In this document: piece after piece, positions 44,500-52,344 of the stretch
How the letters are laid out: each line of letters opens with the position of its first letter
How positions within the stretch are numbered: position 1 is the stretch's first letter
NCBI GenBank assembly: GCA_964417895.1
Contig: CAYQJS010000014.1
Location: 15,076-79,075 of the forward strand
DNA length: 64,000 bases
Source of the DNA: an uncultured Chloroflexota bacterium
GTDB taxonomy: Bacteria; Chloroflexota; UBA6077; SHYK01
Direction of reading: 5' to 3'
The notes under the pieces: model-generated
Told to the model about the DNA's origin: nothing
Seen by the model: the letters and a program-made list of their open reading frames with translations, nothing else
The model's database searches: none
Translations under genes and position numbers: made by a program

Positions 44500-45267
44500 C
44501 TAGACGGCCCCCGCCTTCGTGAGCAAGGTGGCGAGCTCGCCCCGCGAGTGCACGCCGAGGCGGGCGTAGATCTCTTCGAGGTGCGATCGCGCCGTGCGCC
44601 ACGAGATGCTGGCCGCGGAGGCTACGTCCTGCGCGTTCATGCCGGAGGCAAACAGTCGGGCCACGTCCAGCTGCCTCGCCGTTAGCAGCGAGCAGACGCC
44701 TTCACCAGAGTCGAGTGAGCGGGCGTAGGGGTCCGGCGCGTCTTGCTCGGCCGAAAACCACAGGCTCACGTGAAACCCGCTCGGCCGTCCGGGCACCTGC
44801 TGCACTGGCAGCACATGCTCGCGCACCATCGTCATCTTTCCGCTGGCATCTCTGACAACCATCGTCCCGTCCCACTCGCGCGTGGCGCGGTACGTGGCGC
44901 GCTGCAAGTCCTCTTCGGTCTCGAGGACCTCGTCGATCAGGCGGAGGGTGGCTGGCGCGAGGTTGCCCGCCTCGACCTCCTGGTAGAGGCCGCACAGACA
45001 CTGGGCGAGCTCGTCTCTCCAGCGGGGAAACCGGTCGCGATAGGGACCGACGATGGCGGCTGGTACGAATCGCACGGGCCACGGCAGCTGGTCGCGAACC
45101 GGGTCGCCGATGGTGCTCGCGAAAGCGCGATTCACCGAGACGATGCGGTTGCGGCTATCTGTGATAAACGCCATGACCGGGAAGAGATTGAGACACGCGG
45201 CAGCGATCCTCAGGTCCGGCTGCGAGGATCGGATGTCGTCCGTGCTCACACACCCACTGTCCACCAT
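44500..45267 (-). CDS. PAS-like sensor / LuxR-type HTH one-component regulator (paralog A)
   Basis: ATG at 45267 ('MVDSGCVSTDD...'). It has 'FITDSRNRIVSVNRAFASTIG' (PAS-like) and a C-terminal 'LTARQLDVARLFASGMNAQDVA...SWRTARSHLEEIYARLGV' (LuxR/GerE HTH). It is colinear with 57725-58489. Confidence 0.75.
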   Translation of the reverse strand: MVDSGCVSTDDIRSSQPDLRIAAACLNLFPVMAFITDSRNRIVSVNRAFASTIGDPVRDQLPWPVRFVPAAIVGPYRDRFPRWRDELAQCLCGLYQEVEAGNLAPATLRLIDEVLETEEDLQRATYRATREWDGTMVVRDASGKMTMVREHVLPVQQVPGRPSGFHVSLWFSAEQDAPDPYARSLDSGEGVCSLLTARQLDVARLFASGMNAQDVASAASISWRTARSHLEEIYARLGVHSRGELATLLTKAGAV

Positions 45268-45334
45268 GCCGCACCCCCTCCCTTGCCGCGCGGGCGAGCA
45301 GCCTCGCGCGGCAGACCAACTGAACGATCCGGAC

Positions 45335-45376
45335 ACAATAGCTGACTCCGTGGTTGCTGTAAGGGGGCATTTGCCC
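45335..45376 (-). promoter_or_regulatory. Operator-promoter module M4 (upstream of PAS-LuxR paralog A)
   Basis: Minus strand: GGGCAAATGCCC-c-CTTACA-17 nt-TATTGT. Confidence 0.55.
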
Positions 45377-45416
45377 GACGTGTCGTTTGCCCCGACGGCG
45401 GCCGAGAGACTCGGAA

Positions 45417-45556
45417 CTACGGCTCGCGGCTGCGCTTGCACCTCCTGTCCGGCTCGATGTGGGGTCTGGACGACGTGCCCTCAGCATAGGCGTGTCGAGA
45501 GGAGCCGGCATCCCCCGAAAGGGATATCTGTTGGCGAGGTGCGGGATAGTTTCCTC
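45417..45556 (-). pseudogene. Cupin gene reduced to its leader/RBS fused to its last ~22 nt
   Basis: 45439-45556 is colinear with the leader 52182-52304, including 'ggaggtgcaag'. 45417-45438 matches the 3' end of cupin 59416-59730 ('aagcgcagccgcgagccgta'). The whole CDS between them is missing. Confidence 0.65.
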
Positions 45557-45634
45557 CGACGTCGATGTAGCGGGCAGCCTGGTCGAACCGATCCGCGGGG
45601 CTCTGCAGTGTGGTTTCGGCTTCGCGCATCCAGC

Positions 45635-46276
45635 TCACCTTACGTTCGCCCGCATCCACTCGATGATCACGTCGGCGATCTGGATGTTGTTCCTCTCCAT
45701 CATGAGCATGTGGCTATTGCCGAAGATTCTGAGATCGGCAGATTCAGGTGACGCGCTCGACCACCGGCACCGCTGATGCTCTGCACCAGCGCCTGGCACT
45801 GACTCATCCTGGGCTCCCAAGTGGGATTGCCGATGGTCCGGTCTCCGAATATCGTCAAGACTGGGAGGCGGGTGAAGACCGACCGAATGTCGCTGTCGGA
45901 GACTGGGCAGCTCCGGGGCTCGATGGGCACCACGACCTTCACCAACTCCGGATGTGCGATCGCGGCCGCCAACCCTTGCGGGCCCGACCCGGAATGAACC
46001 ATGAGCAGCGCCGGCCCGATCTGGTCGAGCAACGCGATGAACCCGTCGACCTGTTTCTGACTTTCGTTCGGAGCGAGGGTGCTCTCGGCATTTGGAACTA
46101 ACTGAGCGAAGTACTGGTCCGCTGACGCGTCGGGAAATTGGGAGTCGCTGTAGGGCACGCGGAGCTCGGGTCCTATTCGGAGACCTGTCCAAGCCCTCGC
46201 GTTGCCGCAGTGGCCCCGAGGGCGAGAAGGGCTGCAAGGACAAGGAAGGCCCATATCTTGTTGCTCAGTAGATGGT
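45635..46276 (-). pseudogene. Secreted alpha/beta hydrolase with at least two frameshifts
   Basis: TTG at 46276 gives the signal peptide 'MKLHHLLSNKIWAFLVLAALLALGATAA' and then a stop. The body ('...LLMVHSGSGPQG...') and the C-terminus ('RIFGNSHMLMMERNNIQIADVIIEWMRANV') are in two other frames. Confidence 0.6.
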
Positions 46277-46545
46277 GGAGCTTCAAGGTAATCTCCGTTG
46301 AACGAGCTACCTGCTAATAATTCGCGTTGGCGCGCTCGGTCCACGAGCGGGTGTAGAATCCCCGGCAAGCAAGCCGGTGCGCCCCACTGACGGACATAGG
46401 TAGACGGGACGGCGGTAGACATTGCTCCCCTCGCCGCAGTGGCGTCCGCAGCATAAGACCGGCGGGAAGGAGCCGGCGCGGCTGATCGGCCGCAGACTTG
46501 AGGCACAACGGCCGCAATTGGGCCGCACGGCAGCCGCTCCACTGT

Positions 46546-49500
46546 ATGTTCAGCGAAGAGATCGCGTGGAACGATCTCCTGAGGAGCCTCCGACGGGCCG
46601 GGGGGTTCACGCAGGCTGAGTGGAGCGCGCTCATCAGCGCCGCCGCGAAGCCCGGCAGCCGCGCCGCATGGAGCACGGACTCCGTCGCGCGATGGGAGCG
46701 AGGAGACCATCCGCCCAACGCGGACACCGCGGACGCCATCGCCACAGTGTGTCGGGAGAAGCGGCTCTTCGACGCGAGCGGTATAGGTGAGTCGCTACTC
46801 CGAGCCAAGCTGGCCCAGGCCAACGTTCGAGTTGGTCAAGCTCGCGCTAGTCGTTCTTCGGGCGAAGCCTGGCCTGCCGCCGAGATAGGCGACGCATCGG
46901 ACCGCGTTGGCGTGGGCCGCCAGCCGCCCGAGGCGGGCAGCCTCGCTTCGAGGGGCGTTGTGGCAGGCCTCGCCGGCGCGGTGCGCTTCGTTGGCCGGGA
47001 GCCGGAGCTGGCGGAGCTAACGCACCAGCTCGATGCGGCCTCCGGAGGCCCGGGTGGCATAGTCCTCGTCGCGGGCGAGCCCGGCATCGGCAAGACCCGG
47101 CTCGTCCTCGAGGTGGCCGACCGAGGCCGGACCCAGGGGTGGGAGGTGCTGTTCGGCCGAGCTTATGAGTCCGGGGGGATGCCTCCCTACCTTCCGCTTG
47201 TCGAGGCGCTACGCGCCTACGTTTGGACCTGTCCCCTCGATCAGTTGCGGGGCCAGCTCGGGGTGGGGGCCGCCGAAGTAGGCCTGCTAGTGCGAGAGGT
47301 ACGGGCGCGCCTGCCCGACCTGCCGTCCAGCCCGCCCCTCAGCCCGGAAGAAGAACGCCATCGTCTGTTCGAAGGCGTTTCTGACTTCTTGCTCAACATC
47401 GCACGCGCCAGCCCGCGGGGGTTGCTGCTCTGCCTGGATGACCTGCACTGGGCGGACAAGCCAACTCTTCTTTTGGTCCAGCACCTGGCGCGCAAGCTGG
47501 CCGACGCGCCGCTGCTCGTCGTCGGCACCTATCGGACGGTAGAGCTTGACCGAACCCACCCGCTCTCGGACGTGCTGGCGGAGCTGAGCCGTGAGCATCT
47601 CTACCAACGTATGCTGCTCTCGTCCTTCTCGGCCGACGAGGCCGGGGACTTTGTCCAGGAACGCAATGGCGGCCCAGCGGCCCCGGCTGTTGCCGCTGCG
47701 ATCTACCGAGAGACCGAGGGCAATCCCTTCTTCATGGAAGAGCTTGTGCGGCACCTGCGTGCCGAGAAATGGGATCTGGCGGACCCCAGCGTTGTCGTGG
47801 CCGACTGGGGAATACCGGAAGGGGTGCGGCAGGTCGTTGGCAAGCGCCTCTCTCGCTTGAGTCCGGAGGCGAATCGCCTGCTGCAGGCGGGGGCCGTGTT
47901 GGGCGAGGGTTTTTCCTTCGAGGTGCTCGGGGCGGTCAGCGAGTTGGAGCATTCGGGTACAAGGGAGCCCGCGGCCCTGGCGAGGCATGCCTCGCCCCTC
48001 CTGGATGCGCTCGAGGAGGCTCTCGGCGCCGGTCTGCTCCGGGAGGAGGCGCAAGACTATCACTTCACCCATGCACTGGTGCGCCAGACCATCGAGGCCG
48101 AGCTGAGCCTTCCGCGCAAGCAGCGACTCCACCTGCAGGCCGCGGAGGCCATCGAGCGCATCCACGCCCGCAATCCGGAACCTCATGCGGCTGAGCTGGC
48201 TTACCACTTCTTCCGGGCTGCCCGCGGCGGAGTCGCGGACAAGGCGGTTACCTATGCACGGCGGGCGGGCGAGCGCGCGCAAACCGTCTTCGCGTACGAG
48301 GAGGCGGTGCGCTTCCACGCTATGGCGCTGAAGGCGCTCGACCTCACCGACGCGCCCGACCCGGCCCAGCGCTGCGATCTGCTCTTGGCCCTGGGGGAGG
48401 CCCAAATGCCATTGGGCGAGCCACGTGGGGTGGCAGATGGCGTTGCGTCGGAGGCATTCGGCCTGGCCGAGGGTCTCGGCGATCGTGGCCGGGCCTCGAG
48501 AGCATGCCGGATGGTCCTGGAGGCGCTCCATCGGGACGCCCCGCGCAATACCGATACTCCCCAATGGCGCGCATGGGCGGACCTGGCTGACCGGCACGCG
48601 GAACCGGAGACTCCCGACCGAGCCTACGCCGACATTGCCATGGCGCGAGCCGCGATTGCAGCTGGCGACCAGGGCAGGGCCGTCGACCTGCTGGAGCGGG
48701 CGCTGGGTCTTGCCAGGCACCTAGACGACCCGGAGCTGCTCTGCACCTGCGCTTGGCAGCTCATGTGGGCCGGGTACACGCCCCAGCACTGGCGGCGCTC
48801 GGTGGCCATCGCCGAGGAATTCCTCGATTGGCCGCGGGAGCGGGTGCGCAGCCGCACCATCGGGCAGGTGCTGGAGTTCTGCGGCTTGATGCTGCTGGCT
48901 AATGGGGACCGAGCCGGCGTGGAGCGGGCCTGGGGAGAGTTGAGCCAGCTCGCGGCCCGCGCACGGGACGCGTTCAACCAACTCAATGCCATGAGCTATG
49001 AGGCCGTACTGGCGACCCTCGACGGACGGCTGCACGAGGCCGCGGAGATTGGTCGCCGCATGATGGCCCTCGGGGAGAAGCTGGGGATGGAGCGGGCAGC
49101 GGCGTACTTCGCGCTGACCCGGTGCGGGCGGGCGCTCCTTTATTTGGGACAAGCCGACGAGCTGGAGAGCCTCAATCGCGCGGGGGGGCCCCTCATATCC
49201 CAGACGGCCTTCGTACACGCGTATACGGGACGGCGCACCGAGAGCCAGGCCATGGTGCGAGCCTGGCTGGCCGAACATCCGCCCGATGCTGGCACGCCAG
49301 TGGACTATCTGAGCAACCTTGCGAGGTTTCTCGAGACCGCCGTGATCCTCGAGGATCGCGACGCCGCGGCGATCCTCGCTCAATGGCTGGTGGACGCTCC
49401 GCCGGTTCAGGCCGCAGGCTTCGCCACCTGCTTTGCCCGGCACGTTGGGGCGGCGGCGGCGCTTAACGGGGATCGGGCCCGGGCGCGGGACCACTACCAG

Positions 49501-49986
49501 GCGGCGCTGAAGGTGGCCACGCTACTGCATTACCGCCCGGAGGTGGCACTCACCCGCCTGCAGCTCGCCGAGCTACTGCTCGATGAGGCTTTCGCTCGGG
49601 AACGCCGTTCCCCCTCCAGGAGGGAGAAAGAGCAACGACAGGCCGAGGGGCTCGAGCATCTGGACTTTGCTATCGACGAGCTCCGCGCCATGAATATGAA
49701 GCCGGCTTTGGAGCGCGCCCTGCAAGTGCGCGGCGGCCAGCAGCCTGTGACTCCGCATCCCGACAGATCGGCACGCTTTCGGGCGGCATACCCCGCGGGC
49801 CTCTCCGAGCGGGAGCTGGATGTGTTGCGCCTTATCGCCGCGGGCAAGAGCAACCAGCGCATCGCGGATGAGCTGGTGATCAGCCTCAACACCGTGATCC
49901 GCCACGTGAGCAACATCTTCGCCAAGACCGGTGTGGCCAACCGGGTCGAGGCGGCCACCTATGCCACTCGCCACGGGCTCGCGTAG
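46546..49986 (+). CDS. Large ATPase-TPR-LuxR (LAL-type) regulator 1, with an extra N-terminal XRE-like HTH
   Basis: The N-terminus has 'LRRAGGFTQAEWSALI...SVARWERGDHPP'. The P-loop is 'GEPGIGKTRL', followed by a long TPR-like region and a C-terminal 'LSERELDVLRLIAAGKSNQRIADELVISLNTVIRHVSNIFAKTG'. The start is either 46546 or 46498. Confidence 0.8.
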   Translation: MFSEEIAWNDLLRSLRRAGGFTQAEWSALISAAAKPGSRAAWSTDSVARWERGDHPPNADTADAIATVCREKRLFDASGIGESLLRAKLAQANVRVGQARASRSSGEAWPAAEIGDASDRVGVGRQPPEAGSLASRGVVAGLAGAVRFVGREPELAELTHQLDAASGGPGGIVLVAGEPGIGKTRLVLEVADRGRTQGWEVLFGRAYESGGMPPYLPLVEALRAYVWTCPLDQLRGQLGVGAAEVGLLVREVRARLPDLPSSPPLSPEEERHRLFEGVSDFLLNIARASPRGLLLCLDDLHWADKPTLLLVQHLARKLADAPLLVVGTYRTVELDRTHPLSDVLAELSREHLYQRMLLSSFSADEAGDFVQERNGGPAAPAVAAAIYRETEGNPFFMEELVRHLRAEKWDLADPSVVVADWGIPEGVRQVVGKRLSRLSPEANRLLQAGAVLGEGFSFEVLGAVSELEHSGTREPAALARHASPLLDALEEALGAGLLREEAQDYHFTHALVRQTIEAELSLPRKQRLHLQAAEAIERIHARNPEPHAAELAYHFFRAARGGVADKAVTYARRAGERAQTVFAYEEAVRFHAMALKALDLTDAPDPAQRCDLLLALGEAQMPLGEPRGVADGVASEAFGLAEGLGDRGRASRACRMVLEALHRDAPRNTDTPQWRAWADLADRHAEPETPDRAYADIAMARAAIAAGDQGRAVDLLERALGLARHLDDPELLCTCAWQLMWAGYTPQHWRRSVAIAEEFLDWPRERVRSRTIGQVLEFCGLMLLANGDRAGVERAWGELSQLAARARDAFNQLNAMSYEAVLATLDGRLHEAAEIGRRMMALGEKLGMERAAAYFALTRCGRALLYLGQADELESLNRAGGPLISQTAFVHAYTGRRTESQAMVRAWLAEHPPDAGTPVDYLSNLARFLETAVILEDRDAAAILAQWLVDAPPVQAAGFATCFARHVGAAAALNGDRARARDHYQAALKVATLLHYRPEVALTRLQLAELLLDEAFARERRSPSRREKEQRQAEGLEHLDFAIDELRAMNMKPALERALQVRGGQQPVTPHPDRSARFRAAYPAGLSERELDVLRLIAAGKSNQRIADELVISLNTVIRHVSNIFAKTGVANRVEAATYATRHGLA

Positions 49987-50203
49987 CCGTCGTCGCGGCC
50001 CGCCGGGCAGCCTGGCATGGAGTGCCATGGAACGAGCCGCCGGACTACTCACAGTTTGCTGTTATCGCCTTGCCAGCCGGCGGCCACCGGCAGCTTTTCG
50101 CCTCCTCGAAGATAGCAAGGTCCGGCGATGTGCCCCCCGCGCGGCGGAGCCATACTAGACAGGCGAACGAGTTCGATATGCCTATACCACAGGAGGTCTT
50201 ACA

Positions 50204-50467
50204 GTGACGGTCTACATGGTGGAACGCGATCTGCCGGGTATCTCGATGGACCAGTTGGCCGCCGCACAGCGCGCGGCTATCGACACCAGCGAGCAGTTTA
50301 CCGCGCAGGGACGGCCGGTGCGCTACATCCGCAGCACGTTTCTACCCCAGGAATCACGCTGTATGTGCTTATTCGAGGCGCCAGACGCGGCCGTGGTGAA
50401 AGAGGTCAACGAGGCAGCACATATTCCATTCACCCGGGTTATCGACGCGCTCGACCTCACACCATAA
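50204..50467 (+). CDS. DUF4242-domain small protein
   Basis: GTG at 50204 after AGGAGG. 'VYMVERDLPGIS...VRYIRSTFLPQESRCMCLFEAPDAAVVKEVNEAAHIPFTRV' matches the DUF4242 pattern. Confidence 0.7.
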   Translation: MTVYMVERDLPGISMDQLAAAQRAAIDTSEQFTAQGRPVRYIRSTFLPQESRCMCLFEAPDAAVVKEVNEAAHIPFTRVIDALDLTP

Positions 50468-50623
50468 CGATTGGTGTTGACCTACGGCGCGGGATCTCGC
50501 TGACGGATGACGGGCTAAGGGAAGCGTCGGCGCATCATCAACTTTCGCGTTCATGAATTGGCCGCGGGGCGGCCGTGGGAGTACTGGCTCGACCACCAGC
50601 ATTCGTGGCCGACGGCCCTGGAC

Positions 50624-50665
50624 AGCGTAGTCAGACCCTGGACGCCTGTCATGGGGCATTTGCCG
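50624..50665 (-). promoter_or_regulatory. Operator-promoter module M5 (downstream of the ACAD gene; drives only a 3-codon remnant)
   Basis: Minus strand: cGGCAAATGCCC-c-ATGACA-17 nt-TACGCT. An ATGAACGCG at 50554 is identical to the first 9 nt of the TAP-like hydrolase gene, and homology ends there. Confidence 0.5.
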
Positions 50666-50677
50666 GATGGGGATCGC

Positions 50678-51865
50678 CTATGCGTTTCCTGGCCGCTGCG
50701 CCGAATTCTCCCAGGTGGCTGCGAACAGGTTGTCGAAGGCGAGCCCCCAAGGCGGCCGCAAGAACCCGAGGGCACGAACGTCTTCAAACCAGAAGCCAAA
50801 CGGTGACTCGCGGCCGTAGGTCCCACCGCCGACTATTCGGCACAGCCTCTGGAGCACCGACTCCGCCAGCTCAGCGATCGCGATCTTCGCCAGCCTGCGG
50901 CCGGCGCCTCCCTGCTCAACGGCGCGCAGCATGCCCTCATACGCCTGCTCGACGAGCCACGCCTCGGTCTCGGCCCGCGTCCACTCGACGCGCTCGAACG
51001 AGCGCCAGTCGGGGCGCCGCCCCAGCGCCTCACGAGCAGTCTCCATCGCCGTTGCGACGATCCCAGCCATGATTGCCGGCCACAGCGGGCTGCCCCCCGA
51101 CGGTTCCTGGGAACGGCGGACCGCCTGCGGCGCGGCGGCGCGCCGGGCGGGGAAGTCCTCGAACATCAGCATGTGGCTCTGCGTGGCCGCCATGCCGTGG
51201 CCGTCCCACGGCGCCACGAGCTTGACGCCCGCCGACCCGTCAAAGGGAATACCGCGCATATCCAGGATGAAGTCGTCCCGCCTCGACTCGCCCTCCGGGA
51301 TAGCGACGGTGATCATGTACGAGGCGACGCCGGTGCCGCTCCCGAAGTGCTTCAGGCCACTGAGGCGGTACTCGCCATCGCCCTGCCCACACCGGGCGAC
51401 CGACTTGGTCTTCGACGTATCGCCGCCGCTGCCCGGCTCCGACGCGATGGTGCTCCACCAGGCTCCGTCCGTCACCGTCTGGAAGATCCAGCGCTTCTGC
51501 TCCGCCCAGGCGTCCGCATAAGGGGGCGGCGCCTGCGCGTCGGCCAGCCACCCGTAGGCGCTGAGCACCGCGGGATGCATCGACGCGACGAGGGCCACGG
51601 AGGAATCCCCTTTCGCCAGCATGCGGAACATGTCAGCCAGAGCCCGGATGGAGCGCGGCATGCCCTCCCACAGACCACCGTACCTGGAGGGAGCACACGC
51701 CAGCAGCAGGCCCGTGTCCCTGAGGTGATCGAAGTCGGCTGGATCGAGCGCCCGCCTGCGCTGTCTCTCGCCTCGCTGCTGGGCAAAGGCCGCCGCTACA
51801 TCGCGCACGTTCTCCGCCACGGTTTGCATGTCCACGGTCAACCCTCCCTGACGAGCAAGAGCCAC
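50678..51865 (-). CDS. Acyl-CoA dehydrogenase-family protein
   Basis: 395 aa with 'IASEPGSGGDTSKTKS' (ACAD-type motif). The start lies 7 nt after the cupin stop, suggesting an operon. Confidence 0.75.
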   Translation of the reverse strand: MALARQGGLTVDMQTVAENVRDVAAAFAQQRGERQRRRALDPADFDHLRDTGLLLACAPSRYGGLWEGMPRSIRALADMFRMLAKGDSSVALVASMHPAVLSAYGWLADAQAPPPYADAWAEQKRWIFQTVTDGAWWSTIASEPGSGGDTSKTKSVARCGQGDGEYRLSGLKHFGSGTGVASYMITVAIPEGESRRDDFILDMRGIPFDGSAGVKLVAPWDGHGMAATQSHMLMFEDFPARRAAAPQAVRRSQEPSGGSPLWPAIMAGIVATAMETAREALGRRPDWRSFERVEWTRAETEAWLVEQAYEGMLRAVEQGGAGRRLAKIAIAELAESVLQRLCRIVGGGTYGRESPFGFWFEDVRALGFLRPPWGLAFDNLFAATWENSAQRPGNA

Positions 51866-51872
51866 TCCAAGA

Positions 51873-52181
51873 CTAACGCCCGGTCTTGCTCTCTACGATG
51901 ATCGCCTTGATGTCGGAGGCGCCGACGTTCTCCACCGTGTGCGTCCATGCCTCGTGCCACATGATGTGGCCGTCCGGCAACTCGGCCTGCACGGCGTCAC
52001 CGCCTGGCAGGTGGATCTTCACTTTGCCTCCGTTGACGAAGTACACCGTCTCATCGGGATGGGAATGCTGCTGATCCTTCTCGCCGGCCCTCAGGCTCAT
52101 CTCCAGGACGCGCACGCGTTCGTTCTCGAAGAGGGTCTTGTAGTGCCGAGGCGACGCCTGTACCGGATCGATGTATGTCAT
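51873..52181 (-). CDS. Cupin-domain protein (paralog 1)
   Basis: 102 aa, RBS GGAGG. It has 'QQHSHPDETVYFVNGG...HEAWTHTVEN'. Paralogous to 59416-59730. Confidence 0.8.
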   Translation of the reverse strand: MTYIDPVQASPRHYKTLFENERVRVLEMSLRAGEKDQQHSHPDETVYFVNGGKVKIHLPGGDAVQAELPDGHIMWHEAWTHTVENVGASDIKAIIVESKTGR

Positions 52182-52304
52182 CCTTGCACCTCCTGTCCGG
52201 CTCAAAGTGGGGTCTGGACCACGTGCCTTCAGCATAGGCGTATCGAGAGGAGCCGGCGTCCCCCGAAAGGGATATCTGTGGGCCAGGTGCGGGATACTTT
52301 CCTC
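52182..52304 (-). promoter_or_regulatory. Conserved ~120-nt leader upstream of the cupin gene (second copy at 45439-45556)
   Basis: The two copies differ at roughly ten positions by eye. It contains CCGGCTC...GAGCCGG and ATCCC-tttcg-GGGA pairings. Confidence 0.4.
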
Positions 52305-52344
52305 TGGCGCCGGGACGCCCGGGCCCGGTGGAGTAGGAAGAAGC

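Noticed and set aside
46352-46359. Extended -10-like TGTAGAAT upstream of LAL-1.
   Set aside because: It is a single occurrence about 190 nt from the start codon, with no matching -35 and no conservation to compare. Support is too weak to annotate it as a promoter.
50369-50659. 96-aa minus-strand ORF downstream of module M5 (MNAKVDD...).
   Set aside because: Only its first three codons match the hydrolase gene. The rest is antisense to the DUF4242 gene and has no coding signature.
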